Source: an uncultured Gemmatimonadaceae bacterium (GTDB lineage Bacteria > Gemmatimonadota > Gemmatimonadetes > Gemmatimonadales > Gemmatimonadaceae). From it: a stretch of 64,000 bases of DNA. This document shows positions 28,147 to 38,712 of the stretch, in pieces. Both the position numbers and the translations under genes were made by a program. Positions within the stretch are counted from its first letter, which is position 1. Every line of letters starts with the position of its first letter. The notes under the pieces are model-generated. The model saw only the letters and a list, made by a program, of their open reading frames with translations, was not told the DNA's origin and did no database searches. The DNA lies in NCBI GenBank assembly GCA_963822945.1, contig CAWGJO010000027.1, positions 160,001-224,000 on the forward strand, read 5' to 3'.

Positions 28147-29483
28147 GGGACTACCGGAGTGGAGGTGAGGGCGCTGGCGCTGCCGGCGATGGCCGTCAGC
28201 GAGGCGCGCGTCTGGGCGAGCGACGAGCGCTCGTCGGGGCGTTGGCGGAGCAGCTTGGTGATCGGGTCGCGCAGTTCGAGCGCGATGTCGACCGCGGGCC
28301 GGCTGCCACGCTGGTAGGCGCCTACGAGGATCAGGTCTTCGGTTTCGCGGTACGCCGACTCGAGGGACAGCAGCGTGTCGGCCGCCGCCCGATGCTCGGT
28401 GTCGATGATCTGATCGCGCACGCGGCTCTTGCTCTCCAGTACGTCGATGGACGGGAAGTGCCCCGCCGACGCGAGCTTGCGCGTGAGCACGATGTGTCCG
28501 TCGAGAATCGAGCGCGTGGCGTCGGCGATCGGTTCGTTGAAGTCGTCGCCGTCCACGAGCACGGTGTAGATGCCGGTGATGGCACCGGAGCGCGAGGGCC
28601 CGGCCCGCTCCAGCAGGCGGGGCAGCGCGGCGAACACCGACGGCGGATACCCCTTGGTCGTGGGGGGCTCGCCGACGGCGAGCCCGATCTCGCGCCACGC
28701 CGTTGCCACGCGTGTCACCGAGTCGACCATCAGCAGAACGTGCTTGCCCTGGTCTCGGAAGAACTCGGCGATCGCCGTGGCCACCAGCGCGCCGCGGGCG
28801 CGCACGAGCGCGGCCTGGTCGCCCGTGGCGACGATCAGCACCGATCGCGCCAGCCCTTCGGGCCCGAGTGAGTGTTCGATGAAGTCACGCACTTCGCGGC
28901 CGCGTTCGCCGAGGAGCGCGATCACGTTCACGTCCGCCTTCGCGTGCCGGGCGATCATGCCGAGCAGCGTGCTCTTGCCCACGCCCGATCCGGCGAAGAT
29001 GCCCACGCGCTGGCCGCGGCCGATGGTGAGCATGCCGTCGATGGCGCGGACGCCCGTCTCGAGCGGTTCGTCTACCAGGCGCCGCTCCAGCGGATTGGGC
29101 GGTTCCGCGGAGAGCGGCACCCGCTCGTGCGCGTCGAGGCGTCCCTTGCCGTCGATCGGACGCCCCAGCCCGTCGAGCACGCGGCCGAGCATTTCCGGTC
29201 CCACCTCGGCGCCCGACAGGCGTCCCAGCGGCTCCACGGAACTGCCCGCGTGCAGGCCGTCGAGTTCCCCAAGCGGCATGAGGAGAATGCCGCGCTCGTG
29301 AAAGCCGACCACCTCGCCGAGCACCGAGTGGTCACCGCCGGTGCTCGTGATGCGGCACAATTCGCCAAGCCCGAGTTCGAGCCCCACGGCTTCGATTACC
29401 AGGCCCACGACGCGCACCACGCGGCCAAAAGCGGCGAAACGCGCACACTCGTCCACGGCACGGAGGGCAGCTCTACACGTCAT
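28143..29483 (-). CDS. fliI: Export ATPase FliI
   Basis: GQRVGIFAGSGVGKSTLLG, GERGREV, GEPPTTKGYPPS. Confidence 0.96.
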   Translation of the reverse strand: MTCRAALRAVDECARFAAFGRVVRVVGLVIEAVGLELGLGELCRITSTGGDHSVLGEVVGFHERGILLMPLGELDGLHAGSSVEPLGRLSGAEVGPEMLGRVLDGLGRPIDGKGRLDAHERVPLSAEPPNPLERRLVDEPLETGVRAIDGMLTIGRGQRVGIFAGSGVGKSTLLGMIARHAKADVNVIALLGERGREVRDFIEHSLGPEGLARSVLIVATGDQAALVRARGALVATAIAEFFRDQGKHVLLMVDSVTRVATAWREIGLAVGEPPTTKGYPPSVFAALPRLLERAGPSRSGAITGIYTVLVDGDDFNEPIADATRSILDGHIVLTRKLASAGHFPSIDVLESKSRVRDQIIDTEHRAAADTLLSLESAYRETEDLILVGAYQRGSRPAVDIALELRDPITKLLRQRPDERSSLAQTRASLTAIAGSASALTSTPVVP

Positions 29484-30114
29484 ACTGTGCCACCCGCCGG
29501 TAGAGGCGTTCGAGCGCCGTGTCCACGCGTCCGTCCACGATGCGTTCCGGCCCCTCGACCACGCATCCGCCCGGTACGATGGTCGGGTCGGCCACCCACT
29601 GGTCCGTACGGCTCGGGACGCCGCTGGCGGCGTCCACGATCGCCATCGCGGAGAGGTCCGATGGATTCACGCGCACGCGAACCGGCTGGTCGACGTCGAA
29701 GTCGTTCCGCGCGCGCTCCACCAGCTCATGGAGCAGCGTGGGGTCGGCGCTCAGTTCACGCTCCATCAGGTGGCGCGCGATCGCCGTGGCCAGTGCGCAG
29801 AGATTGTCCTCGAACGCTTCCGCCCACGCGCTCTGGTTGGCGGTCATCCGGCAGAGCGCCTCGTTGGCTGCCTCGACGGTGGTGTGCAGGCGGGCGCGCT
29901 CGGCGCGTTCGCCCGCCAGCCGGCCCTCCTCGTACCCGCGCTTGAACCCTTCGGCGGCCGCCCCGGCCACCGCGGCGTCGGACTTCGCACCCGGTACCGC
30001 CTGGCCGGCCACGATCTCGGGAATGTAGGACAGGTCGGCCAGCTGCCACGCGTCGGGCGCAGCCACGAACTGCGGCTCCGTGGGCCCTGGAAATTCAGAC
30101 GACCACATCGTCAT
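29473..30114 (-). CDS. fliH: FliH
   Basis: EGFKRGYEEG repeats; VRVNPSD; ADPTIVPGGCVVE. Confidence 0.88.
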   Translation of the reverse strand: MTMWSSEFPGPTEPQFVAAPDAWQLADLSYIPEIVAGQAVPGAKSDAAVAGAAAEGFKRGYEEGRLAGERAERARLHTTVEAANEALCRMTANQSAWAEAFEDNLCALATAIARHLMERELSADPTLLHELVERARNDFDVDQPVRVRVNPSDLSAMAIVDAASGVPSRTDQWVADPTIVPGGCVVEGPERIVDGRVDTALERLYRRVAQYDV

Positions 30115-31126
30115 CCGCTCCGTTCACCACGATCTCGCCTGCTTCCTCGAGTTCGCGCACTTGGGCCACGATGCTCGCCTGTGCGGCTTCCACGTCGCGC
30201 ATGCGAACCGGTCCCAGCAAGTCCATTTCGTCGTTGAGGGCGGTCACGGCGCGCTGGCTCATGGCCCCGGTCACCTTCTCCTTCAGTTCCGCGCTCGCCG
30301 CCTTGAGGCTGAGCGCGAGCGCCTTGACGTCCACGTCGCGCAGTACGCGTTGCAGCGATCGCGAGTCGAGCGTGCTGATGTCCTCGAACACGAACATCAG
30401 GTTCTTGATCTCCACGCAAAGCTCCGGATCGCGTTCGCTCACGCTGTCGAGCAGCGCCTTCTCCAGCGAACCCGGCACCAGATTGAGCACCGAGGCAACG
30501 GCCGCCGGCCCGCCCGACGTGCTCATGCCCTGGTTCACCGACAGATCCGTCTCGTCGGCGATCGAGCGTTCGATGATCTGCAGCAGGTCCGGCGCCACGC
30601 GTTCCATGCGTGCCATGCGGAACACCACTTCCGCGCCCGTGGCCGGATCCAGTTCCTTGAGCACGGCCGCAGTCTGCGGCGAGTCCAGGTGCGCCAGGAT
30701 CAGGGTGGCGGTCTGTGGATGTTCGCCGCGCAGCATCGTACCGAGCTGCTGCGGATCGGCATTCCGCAACCGGTGCAGGCCCGCGGTATCGGCCAGCTGG
30801 CTCTGCACGCGTTCCAGCACCTGTTGAGCCTTCCGCGCGCCGAGCGCCTTCTCGAGAATCTCACGCGCCGCATCGATGCCGCCCGCGGCCAGCGATTCGG
30901 CCGCCATGAACTCGGCGAGCCATTCCTCGACGATGGCCTCCACGGCCTGTCCGTCCACGCGGTCCAGCCGGGCGATCTCGAAGCCCAGCGCTTCGACTTC
31001 CTCAGGTGCCAGCCGCTGCGTCACCTTGGCGGCGCCTTCGGTGCCCAGCACCAGACAGAGCACGGCCGCCTTCTGGCGGCCCGTCATCGAATCGGTGGGC
31101 GCGAGACGCGCAATGGCGGTCGCCAT
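30095..31126 (-). CDS. fliG: Rotor protein FliG
   Basis: GRQKAAVL, EHPQT, MFVFEDI, MSQRA, GPVRMRDVEAAQ. Confidence 0.96.
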   Translation of the reverse strand: MATAIARLAPTDSMTGRQKAAVLCLVLGTEGAAKVTQRLAPEEVEALGFEIARLDRVDGQAVEAIVEEWLAEFMAAESLAAGGIDAAREILEKALGARKAQQVLERVQSQLADTAGLHRLRNADPQQLGTMLRGEHPQTATLILAHLDSPQTAAVLKELDPATGAEVVFRMARMERVAPDLLQIIERSIADETDLSVNQGMSTSGGPAAVASVLNLVPGSLEKALLDSVSERDPELCVEIKNLMFVFEDISTLDSRSLQRVLRDVDVKALALSLKAASAELKEKVTGAMSQRAVTALNDEMDLLGPVRMRDVEAAQASIVAQVRELEEAGEIVVNGADDDVVV

Positions 31127-31130
31127 GACG

Positions 31131-32615
31131 TCACGCCTCCTTCAGCCAGGCGCGCATGAGGCGCGCGGCGTCTTCGGGTCGCGTGTCCACGGCCGACGCG
31201 ACGCGATTGCGTACCGCCATCGTGGCGCTGACCGCCGCCTCCGTCATCGCGCCGGCGGCGGTCGACTCCAGTTCCAGCGCCGGCCCCGGAAGTGCGCGCG
31301 TCTCGTGCTTCCGTGACGCCGGCGTGCGCAAGGCCCGCACGGCGAGCAGGGCGATGATGAAGGCGAAGGTCAGGCCCAGCGCGCCGACGCCGAGCTGCTG
31401 ATAGGGGCGGATTTCATCGAGCACCGTCGGCTTGAGCACCGGGACCGGCGCCGGTACCGCGGCGTCGTCGAACGGCAGGCTGACCACCGATACCACGTCG
31501 CCACGCGCCGAGTCGATACCCACCGCCGTGCGGACCAACGAATCGATGCTGGCCAGCTCCGCTGGCGAACGCGGCGCGAACTTGGGTTTGTCCGGCGTAC
31601 CGACCTGCCGCTCGTTCACGAGCACGGCCACGGTCAGCCGGCGGATGGTGCCCGCCGCGGGCGTGAATGTCTCGGTCTGCTTCGAGTTCTCGTAACTGGT
31701 GGCCTGATTGGTGGAGCCGGCGCCGCCCTGCGCTCCCGGCACGATCTCCGCCTTCTGTTCGGTGGACACGGCCTGCTTGGAGGGATCGACCGTCTGCGTG
31801 GTCCGCTGGAGCTGGTCGAAGTTCATGTTCGCCGACACCTGTACCCGCGCGTTGCCGGGGCCCACCAACTGGGACAGGAGTGTGGTAGCCTTGCCGCGCA
31901 GGTACGTCTCGAGCTCCTCTTCCACGCGCAGCTGGTGGCTGGTGAGCGCCGTGGCGGAGGAACTCTCCGCGGCTTCCGACAGCAGATGCCCTGCGTCGTC
32001 CACGATCGTCACGTGGTCGCTCGTCAACCCGTCGACGCTGCTCGCCACCAGGTGCGCGATGCCGATCACGACATCGGAACTCGGCGTCCCGTCGGTCGTC
32101 TTCAGCACCACCGACGCCTCTTCGGGCGCCGTTCCCGACGCGTACGTCGTGGTCTCGTTCAATGCCAGGTGGACCTGTGCGCTCTCGATGCCGCGCATCT
32201 TTCCGATGGTGCGTTCGAGTTCGCCCTCCAGCGCCCGCCGGTAGTTCACGCGCTGCGTGAAGTCGGTCATCGACCACGACGGCTGATCGAACAACTCCAT
32301 GCCGGGCCGCCCGCCGTCGGGAATTCCGCCGTCGGCCGCCAGCGTTACGCGCGCGCGGGCCAGATCCGGGGCCGCCACCAACACGCCCGTGCCGGTGGCA
32401 TCCAGTTGATACTTGATGCCGGCCTGGTCGAGCCGGCTCGTGATCTGTCCCATGCTCTCCAGAGGCACGCCGCTCACCGCCCGCAGCATGGCCGGCTGCG
32501 CGGCCCACCGGGCGAGCAGCACGATCGCCACCACGGCCATCGCCGCCACCCCCAGCGCGACCACGCGGCGCGTGCCGCCGACGCGGTCCAGCATCTCTTC
32601 CAATTGGTCGGGCAT
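31131..32615 (-). CDS. fliF: MS-ring protein FliF
   Basis: GMELFD...TDFTQRVNYRRALEGELERTI; RRLTVAVLVN; RGDVVSVVSLPF. Confidence 0.95.
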   Translation of the reverse strand: MPDQLEEMLDRVGGTRRVVALGVAAMAVVAIVLLARWAAQPAMLRAVSGVPLESMGQITSRLDQAGIKYQLDATGTGVLVAAPDLARARVTLAADGGIPDGGRPGMELFDQPSWSMTDFTQRVNYRRALEGELERTIGKMRGIESAQVHLALNETTTYASGTAPEEASVVLKTTDGTPSSDVVIGIAHLVASSVDGLTSDHVTIVDDAGHLLSEAAESSSATALTSHQLRVEEELETYLRGKATTLLSQLVGPGNARVQVSANMNFDQLQRTTQTVDPSKQAVSTEQKAEIVPGAQGGAGSTNQATSYENSKQTETFTPAAGTIRRLTVAVLVNERQVGTPDKPKFAPRSPAELASIDSLVRTAVGIDSARGDVVSVVSLPFDDAAVPAPVPVLKPTVLDEIRPYQQLGVGALGLTFAFIIALLAVRALRTPASRKHETRALPGPALELESTAAGAMTEAAVSATMAVRNRVASAVDTRPEDAARLMRAWLKEA

Positions 32616-32619
32616 TCGG

Positions 32620-32940
32620 TCAGCTCTGCATGTTGACGATGGTCCGATACGCGTCGGTCAGCTTGTTGCGGAGTTCCACCAGCATGTTGATCGTGATGCC
32701 GGCTTCCTCGGTCGCCGCCATCACGTCGTGCAGCTCCACGGGCTCGCCGCGCACGAAGCGCTGCATGTAGTCGGTGGCGCGATCCTGCGTGGCCGAGGCC
32801 TCGTTGAGCATGTTCTTCAACTGATCGGCGAACGACGGACCGTTGGACGCGCCGGCATCGAGGGTGACCGCCCGCCGGCCGTCCAGCCCCGGCGTCTGCT
32901 GCAGGCCGCGGAGTGCCGCGGCGCCGATCGGGTCGCTCAT
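32620..32940 (-). CDS. fliE: FliE
   Basis: SFADQLK...LHDVMAA...VELRNKLTDAYRTIVNMQ. Confidence 0.92.
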   Translation of the reverse strand: MSDPIGAAALRGLQQTPGLDGRRAVTLDAGASNGPSFADQLKNMLNEASATQDRATDYMQRFVRGEPVELHDVMAATEEAGITINMLVELRNKLTDAYRTIVNMQS

Positions 32941-32941
32941 G

Positions 32942-33298
32942 TCACGCCTTGAGGTCGAGCCGAACGCCGCGCGACACCGGCGCATCCGACGGTGTCGGGG
33001 CGGCCTGGGTACGCGACAGATATCCGTAGGTGAGCGGACCGCGGGCACCCGCCCGCGCGAAGTGCTGCCGTTCGTCGGTGGTGAGGATCTTCCACAGTTC
33101 GGGGTCGGTGCCGGCCGGCGCTTCCGCCGGCAGCGCGTCCTGGCCGGCGCGTGCCGCCTGGAGGCGCGTCGCCGACGGCGGGGCGCCGGCAGGTGCCGGT
33201 TCCGCGGCACCGCGCCCGCGTTCCGGCGTGGTCGTCCGATTGAGCGACGCGCCGCCGATCAGGCCCGGTGGCAGATTTCCGATTCCGTTGACACTCAT
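32942..33298 (-). CDS. Hypothetical protein within the basal-body operon (118 aa)
   Basis: Fills the flgC-fliE gap exactly; GAGGA SD; PAGTDPELWKILTTDERQHF...GPLTYG...RGVRLDLKA. Confidence 0.75.
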   Translation of the reverse strand: MSVNGIGNLPPGLIGGASLNRTTTPERGRGAAEPAPAGAPPSATRLQAARAGQDALPAEAPAGTDPELWKILTTDERQHFARAGARGPLTYGYLSRTQAAPTPSDAPVSRGVRLDLKA

Positions 33299-33317
33299 GG
33301 TGCTGTTCCTCGGGTCG

Positions 33318-33887
33318 TCAGATGTCGATCGCGCGACGCAGCATGGCCTTTCCGGCCTCGAACGTGGTCGCGTTGGCTTCGTACACGCGTCGTGCGTCCA
33401 TCATGTCCACCATCTCGGTCGTGATCTCGACGTTCGGATAGCGCACGTAGCCCTGCGCGTTCGCGTCGGGATGTCCCGGGTCGTACACGAGCGGCCCGGG
33501 GGTGGGATCGGTGGCGATCGCCGCCACGCTCGTGCCGGCGCCGGTATCGGCGGGGTTGGCGGTCGCCGCCGTTGCGGCCAGCGCATCGCGCGCCGCGCTC
33601 GCGAAGTCGGGCCCGTTCTGCGCCAGGGGCAGCAGTTGCGGAATCGTCGCCTGGGGTGTCGCCGTGCCCGGCTGCAGCGAGACGACCTCGCGCTGATACG
33701 GCTGCCCCCCGGGACCGTGCGTGGTTTCCGCGTTGGCAATGTTGTTGGCGGCCACTTCCATGCGCACCCGCTGAGCCGAGAGCCCGCTCGTGGCGATGGC
33801 GAGCATCCGGAACATCGGGGGCGGCGCCGACGTGGTCGGCGCATTGAACGGAAGGAGCGGCAGCGCTCCGGGGATCGTCGACGGCAT
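33318..33887 (-). CDS. flgC: Rod protein FlgC
   Basis: SGLSAQRVRMEVAANNIANAETT; YDPGHPDA..GYV.YPNV; RVYEAN. Confidence 0.93.
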   Translation of the reverse strand: MPSTIPGALPLLPFNAPTTSAPPPMFRMLAIATSGLSAQRVRMEVAANNIANAETTHGPGGQPYQREVVSLQPGTATPQATIPQLLPLAQNGPDFASAARDALAATAATANPADTGAGTSVAAIATDPTPGPLVYDPGHPDANAQGYVRYPNVEITTEMVDMMDARRVYEANATTFEAGKAMLRRAIDI

Positions 33888-33891
33888 CGCG

Positions 33892-34179
33892 CTAGTGGTC
33901 CTGGAGCCCGGCGTTGATCTGCTGGTACGTCTTCTGAAGCAGCGAGGCTACGGCGTCGTACCGCACCTGTTCGTCGGCCAGCGACGTCATCTCCGATTCC
34001 AGATTCACGGGACCGCTCGCGCCGGCCGCGGCAGTGCCGGGCAGCGCGAAGCCGGTGCCACCGTTGGCGGTCGCGTTCGCGACGCGCTCGGCGATGGCCC
34101 GCGTTCTCGCGCTGCTGGCGTCGAGCGCCTCGCGGAGCGACGACGCGGCGGACACCCGGTCGATGAAGCCGAAGAGCAT
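33892..34179 (-). CDS. flgB: Rod protein FlgB (short)
   Basis: RAIAERVANA...VNLESEMTSLADEQVRY; first gene before flgC. Confidence 0.8.
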   Translation of the reverse strand: MLFGFIDRVSAASSLREALDASSARTRAIAERVANATANGGTGFALPGTAAAGASGPVNLESEMTSLADEQVRYDAVASLLQKTYQQINAGLQDH

Positions 34180-34245
34180 GAGAGTTCGGAGTCGAATGAA
34201 TGGAGCAACTCACCGGAGCCACGTCGCCCCGGCGCGACCCGTAGG

Positions 34246-34261
34246 AGCAAGGTCCGGACCA
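34246..34261 (-). promoter_or_regulatory. sigma54 promoter for the flgB operon
   Basis: Minus strand TGGTCCGGACCTTGCT (GG-N10-GC). Confidence 0.7.
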
Positions 34262-34275
34262 TGGCACCACGCGAC

Positions 34276-34311
34276 GCGGGCGCCGGTTCCAGAGTCGGAA
34301 CCGGCGCCCGC
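34276..34311. repeat. Perfect 15-bp inverted repeat
   Basis: GCGGGCGCCGGTTCC-agagtc-GGAACCGGCGCCCGC. Confidence 0.8.
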
Positions 34312-34397
34312 ACGTGCCACGCAACGTGTTGTGCCGAGGTGGGTTATCGAACTGCGATCGTGCGCCGGATGGGAGGGCGGTCACGCGTTGCGGCTGG

Positions 34398-34453
34398 CGG
34401 CAGTACTCGCCCACTCGGCGAGATCGGCCGCCACGACCGGGTCAAATCTTCCG
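34398..34453. promoter_or_regulatory. Candidate enhancer (UAS) sites upstream of flgB
   Basis: CGGC-AGTACTC-GCCC, CGGC-GAGATCG-GCCG, GGGT-CAAATCT-TCCG. Confidence 0.45.
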
Positions 34454-34464
34454 CGTCGGTCGCG

Positions 34465-35898
<1,434 letters not shown>

Positions 35899-35952
35899 CG
35901 ACTGCCGCCCCACGTGGTCAGGTTGCTTCCCCGCCCGCCGGGCGAAGCCGAC

Positions 35953-35979
35953 TAAAGTATGACCAGAAGCGTCCGAAAA
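35953..35979 (+). promoter_or_regulatory. sigma28 promoter for flgL-fliW
   Basis: TAAAG-N14-TCCGAAAA. Confidence 0.6.
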
Positions 35980-36020
35980 TCCAAGACAATGGACGTGTGT
36001 CCACGTTTCGCGGAGCCCGT

Positions 36021-36905
36021 ATGCGTATTACATCGAATATGATGGCCAGCAGCGCGATCCTGGGACTGCAGCAGAATCTGGCGCAGCTCACGGCCGCCCA
36101 GCAGCAGGTGTCCACCGGACTGCGGGTGCAGGCGATGTCCGACGACCCCAGCGCCGGCGCCCAGATCATGCAGTCCAGCCGCACCCTCCGCGCCCTCGAT
36201 CAGTACAAGCGCAACATCCAGGCGGGGACCACACGCTCGCAGGCCGAGGAGACGGCGCTCAATTCGCTCACCAATCTCCTGACCCGCGCCAAAGAGCTCG
36301 CCATTTCGCAGGGCACCGGCACCGCCGACGCCAGCACACGGCTCGTCACGAAGTCCGAAGTCGACCAGCTGCTCGGCGAGGCGCAGTCGCTCGGCAATTC
36401 CCAATTCGAGAATGGGTATCTGTTCGGCGGCTTCGATTCCAACACGATCCCCTTCCCGTCCACCACGCCGCCCTTCGCGAACGCCACACCGCCCACCGGT
36501 CAGGTCACCACGGAGATCGGGCCGGGCCAGTACTCCAACGCCAGCCATGACGGCAAGCAGGTCTTCCTCGACACCGGCGTCCTGCAATCGCTCTCCGATC
36601 TGTCCACCGCCCTCGGATCAAACGACGTGGCCGGCATTCAGCAGGCGGTTGGCAGCATCAGCACCGCCTTCGACGGCGTGCAGCGGCTGCTCGGCGACGT
36701 CGGGGCCTGGCAGAACGGCTTCCAGGTGGCATCGTCGAACATCGATGCCCTCAACGCCAATCTGACCACGCTCAAGTCGAGCCTCTCGGACGCGGACATG
36801 GAGAAGTCGATGACCGACCTGTTGAGCCGCCAGAACAGCTATCAGGCGGCAATGCTCGCCACCTCGCGCATCATGAGTCTCACCTTCACCGACTACATGC
36901 GATGA
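36021..36905 (+). CDS. flgL: Hook-associated protein 3 FlgL
   Basis: MRITSNM...QQVSTGLRV..SDDP; GYLFGG; YQAAMLATSRIMSLTFTDYMR. Confidence 0.92.
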   Translation: MRITSNMMASSAILGLQQNLAQLTAAQQQVSTGLRVQAMSDDPSAGAQIMQSSRTLRALDQYKRNIQAGTTRSQAEETALNSLTNLLTRAKELAISQGTGTADASTRLVTKSEVDQLLGEAQSLGNSQFENGYLFGGFDSNTIPFPSTTPPFANATPPTGQVTTEIGPGQYSNASHDGKQVFLDTGVLQSLSDLSTALGSNDVAGIQQAVGSISTAFDGVQRLLGDVGAWQNGFQVASSNIDALNANLTTLKSSLSDADMEKSMTDLLSRQNSYQAAMLATSRIMSLTFTDYMR

Positions 36906-37393
36906 CCCCCGTGATCGACGGTACCGCCGTGCGTCGCGACGACGACGAGATGCTTGCCGTCGCGTCGCCCGTCCTCGGCCCGCTGGAAATCGCCCCCGCC
37001 GACGTGCGGACGTTTCCCCACGGCCTGCTCGGCTTTCCCGAGTGCCGGCGGTTTGCCCTGCTCGCCATCGACGGCCGCGGCGGGATGTACTGGCTGCAGT
37101 CCATCGAACACCCCGCGCTCGCCTTCCTACTCGTCGACCCCTTCCGGCTGGTGGACGACTACGTCGTGGAGATTTCCGATCTCGACCGGCACGAACTGGC
37201 CGCCGATAATCCGGCTGAGGTTCTGGTACTCGCCATCCTCACCCTGCCGGAGCGCCCCGGCGCCCCGTGCACGGCCAACCTCCAGGGACCCGTGGCCGTG
37301 AACCTCCGCACCGGCGTGGGCCGGCAGCTCGTGCTCGCCGATGCGCGCAACGGCGTGCGTACGCCGGTCGATCTGGCGCGGCTCGCCGGCTGA
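36902..37393 (+). CDS. fliW: Flagellar assembly factor FliW (anti-CsrA)
   Basis: FPHGLLGFP, WLQS...LAFLLVDPF, TANLQGPVAVN. Confidence 0.92.
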   Translation: MTPVIDGTAVRRDDDEMLAVASPVLGPLEIAPADVRTFPHGLLGFPECRRFALLAIDGRGGMYWLQSIEHPALAFLLVDPFRLVDDYVVEISDLDRHELAADNPAEVLVLAILTLPERPGAPCTANLQGPVAVNLRTGVGRQLVLADARNGVRTPVDLARLAG

Positions 37394-37410
37394 GATCTAA
37401 TGGCGACCCC

Positions 37411-37438
37411 TAAAGTCCCCCGGACGATCCTCCGATAC
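37411..37438 (+). promoter_or_regulatory. sigma28 promoter for fliC
   Basis: TAAAG-N15-TCCGATAC. Confidence 0.75.
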
Positions 37439-37470
37439 GTGCTCGCAGCGATGACCAAATGGGGTCGCCG

Positions 37471-37509
37471 CACGGAGCACGGACGCTCCAAGAATCGTTA
37501 AGGGAGGAA
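37471..37509 (+). promoter_or_regulatory. Putative CsrA binding sites in the fliC leader
   Basis: Hairpin GGAGC-ACGGAC-GCTCC (ANGGA loop) plus AGGGA overlapping the SD. Confidence 0.6.
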
Positions 37510-37516
37510 CACGCAG

Positions 37517-38635
37517 ATGCGCATCAACACGAACATCGCGGCGCTCACGGCGCAGCGGAACCTGAACATGACGGAGACCTCACTGCAGAAGTCGATGCAG
37601 AAGCTCTCGTCGGGCTTCCGGATCAACAACGCGTCGGACGACGCGGCAGGGCTCGCCATCTCCAACAAGCTCGGCGCCACGGTGCAGTCGTTGACGCAGG
37701 CCTCGCGCAACGCCGACCAGGCGAACTCGGTCATGCAGATCATGCAGGGCGGCGCATCGCAGATCGAGAGCATCCTCCAGCGCATGAAGGAATTGGCCAC
37801 GCAGTCCAACTCCTCCACGGTTGACTCCGCCGCTCAGACGCAGCTGAACAACGAGTTCACCTCGTTGAAGAACGAGATCGACCGCATCACCGGCACCACG
37901 CAGTTCAACGGCAACAACCTGCTCGACGGCTCCTTCGGCGCCAGCGTGAACACCGACGCGGGCACCAGCACGGTGCTTGCCTCGGCGACAACCCACGTTT
38001 CGGGAGCTGACATCAACGGCACCGCCGCGGGAACATACACCGTCGACAATTCAGTGGCGGGCAAGATCACGATCAGCAACGCCGCTGGTGACGCACAGAC
38101 GGTCGTCGTTGGCACTGACGGTCAGCAGAACGTCAACTTCTCCTCCTTCGGCATCACGCTGAAGCTGACGTCCGGGTACACTGCCGCAGGCACCGCGGCA
38201 AGCGGCGACCTCGTCGTGGCCGGCTCCGGCGGCAGCTTCATGGTCAGCTCCAGCGGCCACTACGACAGCAGCGACCTGCTCGCCATGAGCACCGTCGATC
38301 TCAGGACCGGCGCCACCGGCCTGAACGTTCAGAGCAATACGATCGACACCGCTGCCAACGCCCAGGTCGCGCTGACATCCATCGACAAGGCGCTGACCAC
38401 GGTCAACACCCAGCTCGGCACCATCGGCGCCCTGCAGAACCGGATCGATTTCGCGAACCAGAACACCAAGTCGCTGATCCTCAACACGCAGGCGGCCGTG
38501 TCCACCATCAAGGACGTCGACATGGCGTCGGAGATGACGAACTTCTCCAAGAACCAGATCCTGCAGCAGGCCGGCACCGCGATCCTGGCGCAGGCCAACC
38601 AGAGCGCCCAGAGCGTGCTCAAGCTCCTCGGCTGA
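37517..38635 (+). CDS. fliC: Flagellin
   Basis: MRINTNIAAL...LSSGFRINNASDDAAGLAIS; IKDVDMASEM...QILQQAGTAILAQANQ. Confidence 0.97.
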   Translation: MRINTNIAALTAQRNLNMTETSLQKSMQKLSSGFRINNASDDAAGLAISNKLGATVQSLTQASRNADQANSVMQIMQGGASQIESILQRMKELATQSNSSTVDSAAQTQLNNEFTSLKNEIDRITGTTQFNGNNLLDGSFGASVNTDAGTSTVLASATTHVSGADINGTAAGTYTVDNSVAGKITISNAAGDAQTVVVGTDGQQNVNFSSFGITLKLTSGYTAAGTAASGDLVVAGSGGSFMVSSSGHYDSSDLLAMSTVDLRTGATGLNVQSNTIDTAANAQVALTSIDKALTTVNTQLGTIGALQNRIDFANQNTKSLILNTQAAVSTIKDVDMASEMTNFSKNQILQQAGTAILAQANQSAQSVLKLLG

Positions 38636-38651
38636 TTCCTCTGGCTTCACC

Positions 38652-38689
38652 ACTCCCGGGGGCCTAGCGCCCCCGGGAGTTCTTCGCTT
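38652..38689 (+). terminator. Intrinsic terminator after fliC
   Basis: 12-bp stem ACTCCCGGGGGC/GCCCCCGGGAGT followed by TCTTCGCTT. Confidence 0.75.
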
Positions 38690-38712
38690 CAAGCAGGCAC
38701 GGAGCCTACGTC

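Noticed and set aside
34314..34336. TGGCAC/CGGCAC-like sigma54 boxes near 34320
   Set aside because: GG-to-GC spacing is wrong (11 nt); the correctly spaced box is at 34246-34261
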